A stretch of DNA of 60,919 nt from a virus (IMGVR_UViG_3300042991_000522:1-60919), one strand, 5' to 3'. Positions 9,104 through 19,141 are shown, counted from the first letter of the stretch. The notes: generated by a model from the sequence alone, not told the origin. A program made the numbers and translations.

Positions 9104-9409
9104 AAATTATATTTTTTAGATTTAACATACAGGTTTAAAAAATTTTTGCAATCATCTAATTTTTTTTGACGTAAACAACACATTTGGTATATATTTATCA
9201 ATTTTACATTCTGATTTTATATCTGACACATCAGTATCATTAATTTCATCTGTGTCATTGTCATATTTGCATAGCATATGATATATTACACTATCACCTT
9301 TATAGTTAGCAATACGGTCAATAAAATAATCTTTATTTTCATGAACATACACTGTGTATTTTTTAATATCTTTTTTATTATAAAGTTCGTATATTTTTAA
9401 GTGTTTCAT
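9100..9409 (-). CDS. class A protein with frameshift in an A8 run (9160-9167)
   Basis: MKHLKIYE; removing one A gives ...TSKKLDDCKNFLNLYVKSKKYNL*. Confidence 0.7.
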
Positions 9410-9714
9410 ATATTATATTTATTAGCTGTTAATTTTATTTCTAATTCTTCTTTTTCTTTTGTTGTTGCTTTTCTTTCAATAAAAGTTTTATCTAAATAAA
9501 AATTTATAATACCACTTAATGTTGAAACCGCTATAGTATAATTATAATTACTATTACCATTAATTATTTTACCACAATTAAATAATCCTTTATATACATC
9601 TTTCCAATGATTCATGTATTTATCTTTAAAAATAATATAATCTCCTATTTTCAATTTTACTTTATATTTATCTAATTCAATAATATGTTTTTCGTATGCT
9701 TTAAGGTATTTCAT
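9406..9714 (-). CDS. class A protein
   Basis: MKYLKAYE...KIGDYI...ANKYNI. Confidence 0.8.
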   Translation of the reverse strand: MKYLKAYEKHIIELDKYKVKLKIGDYIIFKDKYMNHWKDVYKGLFNCGKIINGNSNYNYTIAVSTLSGIINFYLDKTFIERKATTKEKEELEIKLTANKYNI

Positions 9715-10085
9715 ATATTATATTTTTCAGAATCTTTTTTAACTTTCATAATTTCAATTTCTTCTGGTGTTGCCAATCTAATAAGGTTCTCTTTATCTGC
9801 TGTGAAAATTTCACCTTGCTCTTTTAATCCATCTGTCATCGAACCCATATATCTTGTATATTTAAAAATATTTTTTGGTACATTATCATACCTAACATTA
9901 TAAAAGTAATATTTTTTTCCAAATTTATTAAATTCTATATTATGTATTTGACCTATATTGTTATTTAGAAAATCTTTTATTTCATTATGTATATTTTCTC
10001 TGGGTGTTAATTTAACGTAATCACCAACTTTGAATTTTGCATCTGATAAATTTGTAAAATATTCATATGTTTTTAAGTGTTTCAT
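9711..10085 (-). CDS. class A protein
   Basis: MKHLKTYE...KVGDYV...EKYNI. Confidence 0.8.
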   Translation of the reverse strand: MKHLKTYEYFTNLSDAKFKVGDYVKLTPRENIHNEIKDFLNNNIGQIHNIEFNKFGKKYYFYNVRYDNVPKNIFKYTRYMGSMTDGLKEQGEIFTADKENLIRLATPEEIEIMKVKKDSEKYNI

Positions 10086-10393
10086 ATATTATATTTATTT
10101 AAATCTTTTTTCATTTTTATAAAATCTTGTAAATTCCAATAATTATCAGATGTATATACTTTAAATAAATTTGCTCTAAACTCTCCATTTTCTGTTGTAA
10201 AATATAAATCTGATCTAAAATCACGTCTGCTAATAATTGTTCCTTTATTAGTATGATCTCCTACTCCTAATTGCGATAAACCACCATTAAAATTTGTATA
10301 AAAACCATTCCATAATACATCAACCAATTTAATATTTGATGGTAGAGGTTCGCTTTTTATTATATTTTCTTCATATGTTTTTAAATGTTTCAT
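10082..10393 (-). CDS. class A protein
   Basis: MKHLKTYE...NKYNI. Confidence 0.8.
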   Translation of the reverse strand: MKHLKTYEENIIKSEPLPSNIKLVDVLWNGFYTNFNGGLSQLGVGDHTNKGTIISRRDFRSDLYFTTENGEFRANLFKVYTSDNYWNLQDFIKMKKDLNKYNI

Positions 10394-10788
10394 ATGTTAT
10401 ATTTATTTGAGTTTAATAATATTTCAAAATTATTAGTATTTAGTTTGGTATTTCTATCAAACTTAAATGAAAAATCATAATCATTTTCATACATTAATTC
10501 CATAGTTATTGAAAAATATTTTATTAGAGTATCATTTATAGTATATTTTGGATTGTAAACATTAAATGTTAATACTTTAGCGATTGTGTGAATAAATATA
10601 TGTGAAATTAGTTCTGTGAAATCGGAATTACTATTTTCATATAATGAAATTTTATTATTATTAGAAATATATACTGAATATTGATGATGTTTATCATCAA
10701 CTTTTTTAATTATTTTATTGAGAAATTTAACTATAGATTTATTATCTATAGTATAATTATTTTGTTCATATGCTTTAATGTATCTCAT
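10390..10788 (-). CDS. class A protein
   Basis: MRYIKAYE...NKYNI. Confidence 0.8.
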   Translation of the reverse strand: MRYIKAYEQNNYTIDNKSIVKFLNKIIKKVDDKHHQYSVYISNNNKISLYENSNSDFTELISHIFIHTIAKVLTFNVYNPKYTINDTLIKYFSITMELMYENDYDFSFKFDRNTKLNTNNFEILLNSNKYNI

Positions 10789-11126
10789 TATATATTATAT
10801 TTTTCTGCGTCAATTTCTGCTTCAGCTTTAATGTCCCAAGCAATACTAAATTTTTTAGCTTTTTTTGGTCCAACACACCAACTTAACACATCATCAAAAT
10901 AATGTTTTTCCATATCTGTAAATTGACCATCTTTTAATCTTTCTTTTTTATATTCTTTCCAAGAGAGATGTCTAAATTTATTACCAGTTCTAGATAAAAT
11001 TACCATTATATTTCTAGCTATTGTTTCATGTTCTGATTTTCTAAAAACGGAATTCCTTGGATTAACTTTTGCGAAATCTGATGGTTTCAACTCAATATAA
11101 TTTTCGTATTTTTTTAGATATATCAT
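10788..11126 (-). CDS. class A protein
   Basis: MIYLKKYE...EKYNI. Confidence 0.8.
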   Translation of the reverse strand: MIYLKKYENYIELKPSDFAKVNPRNSVFRKSEHETIARNIMVILSRTGNKFRHLSWKEYKKERLKDGQFTDMEKHYFDDVLSWCVGPKKAKKFSIAWDIKAEAEIDAEKYNI

Positions 11127-11518
11127 ATGTTATATTTTTTTGCATTTTTATATAAATCAAAATTATCTCTTGTAACATTCTCCCCGCTTAATTTTAATTC
11201 ATAAAACATTTCAGCATCTTCTAAACTATCTGCTTCAAACAATAACCCAGTCACCATATTTCTTTTCCAATAAGAAAGACTCACTTTATTACCTTTATAC
11301 GTATAACTAGTTTTAACAGAATTTGTAAAAAAATCATAATAATTACCATCGGTTCTTCTAATTGCATCATAGTATATAGAACCATTTAAAATGCTATTAA
11401 TTTTTATAATAGCTAATGTTATTCCAAGACCGTATCTTGCTGGAGCTTTCCAAACATAATATTTTTTATCAATATTAGTTTCTTTATATCTGGATTCATA
11501 TGTTTTTAAATATTTCAT
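11123..11518 (-). CDS. class A protein
   Basis: MKYLKTYE...AKKYNI. Confidence 0.8.
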   Translation of the reverse strand: MKYLKTYESRYKETNIDKKYYVWKAPARYGLGITLAIIKINSILNGSIYYDAIRRTDGNYYDFFTNSVKTSYTYKGNKVSLSYWKRNMVTGLLFEADSLEDAEMFYELKLSGENVTRDNFDLYKNAKKYNI

Positions 11519-11826
11519 ATATTATATTTATTTGCTGCTAATCTTAATTTTAATTTTTCTTTTGATTTATCAAAATCAACAATTCTATCCATATCAAATG
11601 TTCGTGCACCATTAAATCCAAACCATTTTTCTAATTCGGGAGGTGGATTGTCATACACCACTTTTACATTCTCTGTATATTTATATGCTATTTTACCTAT
11701 ATTATTATTAATAAAATTATTCACAACATCTTTGAGTACATACATTTTTAAATCTATTCTTACTAACACATAATCTCCAACTTCTGGTTCCTTATTTAAA
11801 TCTTCAAACATTTTAATATGTTTCAT
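11515..11826 (-). CDS. class A protein
   Basis: MKHIKMFE...EVGDYV...ANKYNI. Confidence 0.8.
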   Translation of the reverse strand: MKHIKMFEDLNKEPEVGDYVLVRIDLKMYVLKDVVNNFINNNIGKIAYKYTENVKVVYDNPPPELEKWFGFNGARTFDMDRIVDFDKSKEKLKLRLAANKYNI

Positions 11827-11873
11827 GTATTATATATTAAAAATAATAATTATAAAAAAATTATATATAAGTT

Positions 11874-12182
11874 ATGAGGATTTTAAAAACATATGAAGAG
11901 TTGAACTATTATGGTAAAAGTGAAAAATTTTTTAGAGATTTATCTAAAAATAAACCAAATTATAAAGAAGGTGATTATATAAAATTTATAGGACCAGATA
12001 AACGAGGACTAGATAAAAATGAAATATATGTTGTTGATGATATTACACTTGATAATGTTGGAGATCCAATTATGCCAGATTATTATTACTTTACCAGATT
12101 AAACAACGGATATAATATATATTCTGGTAAATTAAGAGCATTGATAGATTATGAAGCATCTATAATAAAATATAATATATAA
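11874..12182 (+). CDS. class A protein
   Basis: MRILKTYE...KEGDYI...IKYNI; TATATATAA upstream. Confidence 0.8.
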   Translation: MRILKTYEELNYYGKSEKFFRDLSKNKPNYKEGDYIKFIGPDKRGLDKNEIYVVDDITLDNVGDPIMPDYYYFTRLNNGYNIYSGKLRALIDYEASIIKYNI

Positions 12183-12185
12183 ATA

Positions 12186-12554
12186 CTATTGGTTAATTTC
12201 TATTAATTTTTCAACTTTTTGTTTTCTTATGTTATTTACGTATTTTGATATATAATTTAAATACGTTTGGTGATTGTAATCTTTTGATTTAGACATTAAA
12301 TTTTTAATTTCAACTATTTCTTTTAGTGTTGGTAATCTATACGCATAATTAGCTTCTTCTCCTATTACATATTTTTCGAATTGATACATTCCACCGTCTT
12401 CATTAAAAGTTAAACCTAAATATACAATACCAGGAAAATTATAGCAATTATATACACCTATTGCTGTTCTCCCAGATTTATAAATTCTAACTATCAAATC
12501 TCCCGATTTAGCTTTAATAAGATCTCTATGGTATTTAATTTTTTTAATTCTCAT
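12186..12554 (-). CDS. class B protein
   Basis: RKQKVEKL. Confidence 0.7.
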   Translation of the reverse strand: MRIKKIKYHRDLIKAKSGDLIVRIYKSGRTAIGVYNCYNFPGIVYLGLTFNEDGGMYQFEKYVIGEEANYAYRLPTLKEIVEIKNLMSKSKDYNHQTYLNYISKYVNNIRKQKVEKLIEINQ

Positions 12555-12816
12555 TTATTTTTTCAAGTTTTGCTTTTCTGTTGCATTTTATATCTAAATC
12601 TAAATATATAGAAGATATTCTACTATCATCAAAATTTGAATCTGGTATAGGTTCTACAACCTCTATTATTCTAAAGCCATTGAAATCTAATTCTCCTGTT
12701 ATTTTTGCAACTGTAAATATCTTATCGGTATACCACTTTGGTATAACACCGTTTGTTTTAGATAGTATTATATTTAAATTCATTCTAACTTTTGAACCAA
12801 CTATCAAATTATTCAT
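12544..12816 (-). CDS. class B protein
   Basis: VGSKV...PKWY...RKAKLEKI. Confidence 0.75.
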   Translation of the reverse strand: MNNLIVGSKVRMNLNIILSKTNGVIPKWYTDKIFTVAKITGELDFNGFRIIEVVEPIPDSNFDDSRISSIYLDLDIKCNRKAKLEKINEN

Positions 12817-12849
12817 CCAATTCTTTTAATTGTTTTTCAAAATCTGTTA

Positions 12850-13119
12850 TTATTTTTTATGATATTTTATTCTATTTTCTATGCGATTTACTTCCTCTTT
12901 TTTTATAGTTTCTTTGGATTTTAATATTTCTGCTATTGATATTGAAAATATCATAATCAAAGCAATAAACAAGCAACCAATAAAAAAGTATGTAACATAT
13001 TTTGGTTCTAAATCTAGTTCAGCAAAATCATTTCTAAATATTATACTCATTGTTATAACTACAATAATATACAATAAGAGTAATGAATGTTTAATCTTAT
13101 GTGTTGTTGTTTTTTTCAT
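12850..13119 (-). CDS. small membrane protein (2 TM)
   Basis: two hydrophobic segments, in operon. Confidence 0.65.
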   Translation of the reverse strand: MKKTTTHKIKHSLLLLYIIVVITMSIIFRNDFAELDLEPKYVTYFFIGCLFIALIMIFSISIAEILKSKETIKKEEVNRIENRIKYHKK

Positions 13120-13610
13120 TATTTTAAAATTTTTAATTTTTCTTTTCTAAGTTGAGACTCATTATAAAAGTAATGATATTTTTTAACTTTATTCTTTTTT
13201 TGATTTAATTTTTCGGCTTTCAATTTTAATTTTTTAATTTCCGAATTAACTAAATTATCAACAGAATTTTTTGATTGATTAATATTATATGATTTATCAC
13301 AAAAAAATTTAGTAAAATGAGTAATGTATATAAAACTTGATATTAAAATAATATACGGTATTATTAATAATAAAAAAACTTTATTTAATTCATGTTCATA
13401 AATAATTTTAATAATTTCTTTAATAAGTACCAGTGTATAAAAACCAATTATAATATATGATATAACAACAAATGAATTATCAGTATATTTTGATTTGTCT
13501 GTAAAATTAGACCAAAAACCAATTTTTGTTTTTTTCTGAATATAGAATTTGTTGTTTGTTTCACAAATTCTATATTTTGATTTTATTTGCTCAAAAGTTT
13601 TTATTAGCAT
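13119..13610 (-). CDS. class B membrane protein (2 TM)
   Basis: YRICE..FYIQKK...RKEKLKIL; TATATTTG at 13626-13633 (-). Confidence 0.75.
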   Translation of the reverse strand: MLIKTFEQIKSKYRICETNNKFYIQKKTKIGFWSNFTDKSKYTDNSFVVISYIIIGFYTLVLIKEIIKIIYEHELNKVFLLLIIPYIILISSFIYITHFTKFFCDKSYNINQSKNSVDNLVNSEIKKLKLKAEKLNQKKNKVKKYHYFYNESQLRKEKLKILK

Positions 13611-13695
13611 ATTATTTTTTATTTACAAATATAATAAAAATATTAATTAAAAAATAATATCAGTAAAAAAACATTTTTATAAATATATATAATGA

Positions 13696-14061
13696 ATGGT
13701 TTATGATATAGTATCGTTTGAAGATAATGAAAGCAACATAAAATATTTAGAGATTATTATAAGAAAACTTGGCTATAGTCATATTAATTTTATATTTCCA
13801 CAAAAGGGTATAGACTATGTTATGAATAATCACAAAACTATCAAATTAATATTAATGGATATAATGTTACCAGAGATTGATGGTAATGAAGTTATAAAAA
13901 TAATAAAGGCTGTTTATCCTGAAATACCTATAATTGTACAAACTGCTTTAATATCAAGTGAAGATAGATATGATTCTTTTGCTGCTGGATGTGATGGCTT
14001 TATAACTAAACCTATAAATAAAAATAGATTATCTTCTATGATAAAATCATTTGTTAAATAA
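13696..14061 (+). CDS. stand-alone response regulator receiver (CheY-like)
   Basis: ED, LILMDIMLPEIDG, QTA, AGCDGFITKP motifs. Confidence 0.9.
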   Translation: MVYDIVSFEDNESNIKYLEIIIRKLGYSHINFIFPQKGIDYVMNNHKTIKLILMDIMLPEIDGNEVIKIIKAVYPEIPIIVQTALISSEDRYDSFAAGCDGFITKPINKNRLSSMIKSFVK

Positions 14062-14220
14062 TTGTTTCATTTTAGTTTTTCTGATTTCGTTATTGGTAGG
14101 TGAACATTCACCTTCATTAAATATACATTTGCCACCGCATGTTAAACTTTTTTTGTGCAAAAATGCATGTGAACACGAATCTCCTAAACAATTTTTATAA
14201 TTACTACATCTAACTTTCAT
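14047..14220 (-). CDS. class B Cys/His-rich 57-aa protein
   Basis: Manual: MKVRCSNYKNCLGDSCSHAFLH...RKTKMKQL; similar to 17088 and 17284 genes. Confidence 0.7.
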   Translation of the reverse strand: MKVRCSNYKNCLGDSCSHAFLHKKSLTCGGKCIFNEGECSPTNNEIRKTKMKQLFNK

Positions 14221-14598
14221 TTAATTTATCTAATTTTTCTTTTCTTTGAAATTTTATAGGTAAATTATCTATTATTTTTTTTTAAGTTTATTTAAATCAG
14301 AAGAATTTTCTTTATAATATGATATTTCTTTTAATTTTAATTTTAATTTTTTGTTTTCTATTCTTAATTTTTTATTAAATAAAAATGAAAATTTAAATTT
14401 AACAGGATAAATATCATATTCATAATTTTCCCATTTAGATGCACCTTTAAATATAATCTCAAATCTATTATTATATGCATATATAATAACATTATTTTTA
14501 CTAAAACCATTGTTCCAATCTTTTTCAACATCAGAATTAAGAATAAGTTCTATTACGTATTTATTTACTTTTTCTTTTAATTCTTCTACTTTTTCCAT
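14210..14598 (-). CDS. class B protein with frameshift in an A9 run (14275-14283)
   Basis: Corrected frame continues ...LPIKFQRKEKLDKLNES*. Confidence 0.65.
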
Positions 14599-15051
14599 TT
14601 ATGATAATTTTTTTAATTTATCTCTTCTTTCTGCCTGTTCAGATAAATAATGTATTTTAAAATTTCTTCTTTTCTCTTTTATTTTTTTTAAATTTTCAGA
14701 ACGTGACTTTTTTTCTGCTTTTTTTTCATTCTTCATTATTTCTTTAATTTCTTCTTCATTTATTTCACGTGTAATAAAAACTAAAGTTTGATCATATGAA
14801 TTAAATTTTCTTTTTTTAGAGTATCTAATTAAAAGAAATATAATACTTAATAATAATACCACCAAAAAAAGTGTATGATTAAAAATAGAAGCAATTAAAA
14901 ACCCTAAAATAACAAAAAATAGTATAGATACAGTTATAAAAATTGTTTCGGTGGTATCATACATATATACCCAACCAAACATTTTACGTTTTTTTTGTAT
15001 AAAAAATTTATCCTTTTCTATAATTCTATAATAATCTTTTTTATTTTTCAT
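14599..15051 (-). CDS. class B membrane protein (2 TM)
   Basis: YRIIE..FFIQKK...RRDKLKKL. Confidence 0.75.
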   Translation of the reverse strand: MKNKKDYYRIIEKDKFFIQKKRKMFGWVYMYDTTETIFITVSILFFVILGFLIASIFNHTLFLVVLLLSIIFLLIRYSKKRKFNSYDQTLVFITREINEEEIKEIMKNEKKAEKKSRSENLKKIKEKRRNFKIHYLSEQAERRDKLKKLS

Positions 15052-15244
15052 GTTTTTCTATTTTTTGAATTTTTGATCTTCTTAATTCTTTAAAGTATTC
15101 ACATCTAATATATTTATCGTTACAAAAATCATAATGCATAAATCTACTTGCATATTGTATATTTTGAACATCTATATTTATCATATAATTTAAATATCTG
15201 CCAGTTTTTTTATTTCTAAAAACAAATAAGAATTCACTTTTCAT
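15041..15244 (-). CDS. class B small protein
   Basis: RNKKTGRY...RRSKIQKI. Confidence 0.7.
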   Translation of the reverse strand: MKSEFLFVFRNKKTGRYLNYMINIDVQNIQYASRFMHYDFCNDKYIRCEYFKELRRSKIQKIEKHEK

Positions 15245-15569
15245 TTTTTCTATTTATATGTTTTTCAATTCTATCTAATTTTGCTTTTCTTGGTGTTTTT
15301 ATGTGAACATCATAACCTTCAAATCTAATTTCTTTTGCTGAAAATTGAGAATCTAATCTAACGTAATTAGAATCACCACCCTTTGCCAAATATGTTATAA
15401 CAGCGATTCCATCATTTTCATCATGCTTATAATACCATTTTTTACTCCAGCCATTTATAACTTTTTTTATAGCTTCTTCTTTATCTTTTGCAATTACAAG
15501 AACTGATGAATCAGCACCAGATTTCCAACCGCCTGGATTATTGTCTATTGTAACTTCAAATAGTTTCAT
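15234..15569 (-). CDS. class B protein
   Basis: RKAKLDRI. Confidence 0.75.
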   Translation of the reverse strand: MKLFEVTIDNNPGGWKSGADSSVLVIAKDKEEAIKKVINGWSKKWYYKHDENDGIAVITYLAKGGDSNYVRLDSQFSAKEIRFEGYDVHIKTPRKAKLDRIEKHINRKNEK

Positions 15570-15858
15570 TTTCTAATTTTTTTAATTTTTTTAATCTACT
15601 TTCTTTCTTACTAAAAAACTCACCTTTATATTTGTGTTTTTGTTTTTTAAAATATTCATCTGTTTCTTTTTTATCATAATGCATATAGCCTAGTGAATTT
15701 TCAGAAAAACTAAAGATTGGTTTTTTATTCTTCACAATATAAATATACTTTTTTCTATCAGCTTCAATAATTTCAGTCCAAGCCATCAATTGATATTCTG
15801 TTATATTTTCAATATATTTTAAATTGTCCTTATGTACTTTCCAGTATATAGCTCCCAT
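15556..15858 (-). CDS. class B protein
   Basis: RLKKLKKL. Confidence 0.7.
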   Translation of the reverse strand: MGAIYWKVHKDNLKYIENITEYQLMAWTEIIEADRKKYIYIVKNKKPIFSFSENSLGYMHYDKKETDEYFKKQKHKYKGEFFSKKESRLKKLKKLENETI

Positions 15859-16027
15859 ATATTTTTTTTATTTTATTTTTTCTATCCAGTTTAACATTTA
15901 TGTAATGTTCATCCATTTTACAGTCACAAGAGAAATTTATGCCACAATAATCTCTAGCTTGACAATTAACACATCTACCAATTTTTTTATTTTTAATTTT
16001 TATTATTTTTAAATCTGATTTTTTCAT
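15830..16027 (-). CDS. class B Cys-rich small protein
   Basis: CVNC..C..CDC, RKNKIKKI; TATATTTG at 16047-16054 (-). Confidence 0.7.
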   Translation of the reverse strand: MKKSDLKIIKIKNKKIGRCVNCQARDYCGINFSCDCKMDEHYINVKLDRKNKIKKIYGSYILEST

Positions 16028-16095
16028 TCTAAAAATGTTATAATTACAAATATAATAAAATAAAAATTACTATCAAAAAAATTAATATATAATAT

Positions 16096-16533
16096 ATGAA
16101 GCATATTAAAACATTTGAAAACAATAAAAATGTTAATGATAGTATATTACTATTTAAAAGTTTAAATAAAGCGATTACCGATTTTTATAAAGAACTTGAG
16201 CTAATAGCTCATGACGTAACACAAGTACAAGACGATAGAATTGTTTCATATTTAAGAAAAGTTAATGATCCACGTTATCCTTTTCTTGAATCTGATCAAA
16301 ATTATTCTTTTATACGTTACTATAACAATAAATATATTGAAATTAGACATTTCAATTTAGGAGGATATGATAATTTAAATATTTTTATAAGAGAGACATT
16401 AAAATCATTTTCAATAGATAGTCACAAAGATAATATTTTTGATATATTAGTATCTGACGTACAACGCTTAATAGATAAGTTATCAATTGAAAATTATAAT
16501 GTGTTTTGCGATTCAAAAAAATATAATATATGA
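16096..16533 (+). CDS. class A protein
   Basis: MKHIKTFE...SKKYNI. Confidence 0.8.
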   Translation: MKHIKTFENNKNVNDSILLFKSLNKAITDFYKELELIAHDVTQVQDDRIVSYLRKVNDPRYPFLESDQNYSFIRYYNNKYIEIRHFNLGGYDNLNIFIRETLKSFSIDSHKDNIFDILVSDVQRLIDKLSIENYNVFCDSKKYNI

Positions 16534-16826
16534 TAACAGATTTTAAAATATATGAATTAAAAAGTTGGAGTGATAATAAATTAAAAAACCATCTTAATGA
16601 TAGAAAAGAATTATTTGAATTGTTGTCTGCATATATGGAATATAAAATTAATGACAATAACCAAATTACAGCATATGATTTTTATTTTGATAAAAATGGT
16701 TCATTTTGTATTCATTATTATGATGAAGATAATCAAAGTAAATATATTGTTAAAGACTACGATGAATTGTTAAAATTTTTAAATAATCCAGAATTATTAA
16801 AAAATAGCAAACTATATAATCTATGA
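16530..16826 (+). CDS. class A protein
   Basis: MITDFKIYE...SKLYNL. Confidence 0.8.
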   Translation: MITDFKIYELKSWSDNKLKNHLNDRKELFELLSAYMEYKINDNNQITAYDFYFDKNGSFCIHYYDEDNQSKYIVKDYDELLKFLNNPELLKNSKLYNL

Positions 16827-17119
16827 AACATTTAAAGTCATTTGAAAATATTAATTATAATAATCTTAAAAAATATATTATCTGGAAAGATCCAATTGAA
16901 AAAAGAGAATATGATATTTTAGAAATATACGATTTTAAACACGGAGTTATATATGTTAATTTTTTATATTCTTATAAAAATAAGCTTAGAAAAATTAATA
17001 TGGATTATAGAAGTTTTATCAGTGATAGTTTTTATAATATTAAATATACTTCTGATGATTTACAAGATTGTATAGATAAAATTTATACTATTGCAGATTC
17101 TGAAAAGTACAATTTATAG
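16823..17119 (+). CDS. class A protein
   Basis: MKHLKSFE...YTSDDLQDC...EKYNL. Confidence 0.8.
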   Translation: MKHLKSFENINYNNLKKYIIWKDPIEKREYDILEIYDFKHGVIYVNFLYSYKNKLRKINMDYRSFISDSFYNIKYTSDDLQDCIDKIYTIADSEKYNL

Positions 17120-17300
17120 CTTTTAATTTTTCATTTACTAAATATTTAGATGAGCACTCACACATAATATCACAACCTTTCATATCATTTAAAATTGTAG
17201 CACAACTAGCATATTCTTCATTATTTATATCATGAGCTATTGAATGGTTACACTTATAACTCAAATCACAAGTTTTATGTCCTTTACAAATTACTTTCAT
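17088..17300 (-). CDS. Cys/His-rich small protein (class B-like)
   Basis: MKVICKGHKTC...CNHS..H; degenerate tail NEKLKAI. Confidence 0.7.
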   Translation of the reverse strand: MKVICKGHKTCDLSYKCNHSIAHDINNEEYASCATILNDMKGCDIMCECSSKYLVNEKLKAINCTFQNLQ

Positions 17301-17484
17301 TAATCTTTTTCATTTTATCATTTCTTAATAATATTTGATATGATTTTGTTGTACAGTTACAACAATCCATATTCCAACCAGTACAACTTTCTTCTATAAA
17401 TTTATGTGGTTTTGAATGTAAGCAAATATCACCATTCAAACATATAGCATTACAAGTTTTATTACCGTTACAAATTACTATCAT
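17284..17484 (-). CDS. class B Cys/His-rich small protein
   Basis: MIVICNGNKTC...CLHSKPH...RNDKMKKI. Confidence 0.75.
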   Translation of the reverse strand: MIVICNGNKTCNAICLNGDICLHSKPHKFIEESCTGWNMDCCNCTTKSYQILLRNDKMKKINESNL

Positions 17485-17728
17485 TTAATATTTTTAATTT
17501 ATTTTTTCTTTCTTCTTTTATTGTTTGAAAATAATCTTCAAAAAAAATAGCATCATAATATTTCAAGTAAGGTCTATAATCTTCTTTATAAAACTTATAA
17601 ATATCTTCATTTTTTTCAAGATACACCCAAACATACTCCTTTGTTATTATATCTATATCATAAGAATTATGTTTTTTAAACAATACTCTATTATTTTCTA
17701 TGTAATTTTTTTTACAAACTACTTTCAT
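17468..17728 (-). CDS. class B small protein
   Basis: MKVVCKK...RKNKLKIL. Confidence 0.75.
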   Translation of the reverse strand: MKVVCKKNYIENNRVLFKKHNSYDIDIITKEYVWVYLEKNEDIYKFYKEDYRPYLKYYDAIFFEDYFQTIKEERKNKLKILNDSNL

Positions 17729-17969
17729 GTAATTTTAAATTTTTAAGTTTTTGTTTTCGTAATTCATTAGTAAGAATAAAAAAGTTTGGCACAAGATTAG
17801 AGCTTTTTGAAAAACAACGCATTTCAAATTTATCATCTCTTATCCAATACCTTATATCAGGTTTATCATCATATGAAATTTCTAAAATCTTATATTTTTT
17901 ACCATGCGTAAAATCATATCGTGGTTGACCGATATAAGCAACACAATCATTTAATCTAATGTCTCTCAT
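17712..17969 (-). CDS. class B small protein
   Basis: RKQKLKNL. Confidence 0.75.
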   Translation of the reverse strand: MRDIRLNDCVAYIGQPRYDFTHGKKYKILEISYDDKPDIRYWIRDDKFEMRCFSKSSNLVPNFFILTNELRKQKLKNLKLHESSL

Positions 17970-18159
17970 TTTTTATAAATACATGATTAATAGTGTTTAT
18001 AATAATAAATATCATAAATGCAGCAACTCCATATTGTAACATAGTAGCTGAAGCTTCAATAAAGCCAAATATAAATATTTGTATCATGTAATACAATGAT
18101 AAATAAAATATTGCTACAATATATAATAATAAAAATAATAATATTTTAATGTTTTTCAT
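17956..18159 (-). CDS. small membrane protein
   Basis: two hydrophobic segments, overlapping neighbours. Confidence 0.6.
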   Translation of the reverse strand: MKNIKILLFLLLYIVAIFYLSLYYMIQIFIFGFIEASATMLQYGVAAFMIFIIINTINHVFIKNERH

Positions 18160-18565
18160 AATTTAACTTTTTTAATTTTTGTTTTCTTATATCTTTTTTA
18201 TTATTAACATTTCTATTAATATTTTCTGATGTGGTTCTATTTAAATATATGAATATTAAAAATTTTATATATGATAGAAATGTAAATCTATATCTAACTC
18301 TATCTATTATTATAATAGAAGCGTGTATGTAATTTTCATGAGACATATAGTGTAAATCAAAAAAAGATTTTTTAAATCTTAAATTCCTACGCCATTCTTT
18401 TTTATTAAATGCGTTTTTAAAATCTTTAAAATTACGTTTTATGACAACATGTCCGTTAACGTATTGTGCCATCATATTCAAATGTGTCAAATATGATATG
18501 TAATAAATAAATACAATAGAGACTATTACTATAATAACTGTTATTAAAAGTGTAAGTAAAATCAT
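18146..18565 (-). CDS. class B membrane-anchored protein
   Basis: N-terminal TM, RKQKLKKL. Confidence 0.7.
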   Translation of the reverse strand: MILLTLLITVIIVIVSIVFIYYISYLTHLNMMAQYVNGHVVIKRNFKDFKNAFNKKEWRRNLRFKKSFFDLHYMSHENYIHASIIIIDRVRYRFTFLSYIKFLIFIYLNRTTSENINRNVNNKKDIRKQKLKKLNYEKH

Positions 18566-18843
18566 TTTTCAATTTTTGACATTAAATTAAGAATTTGCAT
18601 TTTTATTTTTCTTTCTTCTTGTTCTGTATTAAAACAATCCCACAAATAACAAAAATTAATTGATGAAAATGGTCCTAAGCTTTTATAAATGGAAAAAATT
18701 TTATCATTAATTACAACAATACCAGCAGCATTTAAAACATCAGTTATTTCATAATATTTTCCTATCATGATTTCTTCATATGAATCATAATTTTTTTTAC
18801 ACAATAATTTATCACCAATTTTAAAATCTTTGATATTTTTCAT
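18562..18843 (-). CDS. class B small protein
   Basis: FKIGDKLLCKK...RKIKMQIL. Confidence 0.75.
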   Translation of the reverse strand: MKNIKDFKIGDKLLCKKNYDSYEEIMIGKYYEITDVLNAAGIVVINDKIFSIYKSLGPFSSINFCYLWDCFNTEQEERKIKMQILNLMSKIEK

Positions 18844-19141
18844 TTATTGAAACTAATTTACTTGTCCTATCAGTATAAAAAAATTTATGAAAACTAAATA
18901 ATGAATTGGTTTTATCTTCTTTTTTATTAAAATGAAATCTCATTCCAGATGTAAAATCATCTCCAAATTTATCATAAATTACCCAAATTGTATCACCATG
19001 ATTTTCAAAATAATATTCATAAATATTATTTTTTTTAAATAATAATTTGTCTTTACGGTTTTTAAAAACATCACTGCAATATTCACTAATTGGAAAATCT
19101 TTTTTACAAAGACATTCTTTTATGTTGGTACTATATGTCAT
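18821..19141 (-). CDS. class B small protein
   Basis: CLCKK...RTSKLVSI. Confidence 0.7.
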   Translation of the reverse strand: MTYSTNIKECLCKKDFPISEYCSDVFKNRKDKLLFKKNNIYEYYFENHGDTIWVIYDKFGDDFTSGMRFHFNKKEDKTNSLFSFHKFFYTDRTSKLVSINEKYQRF

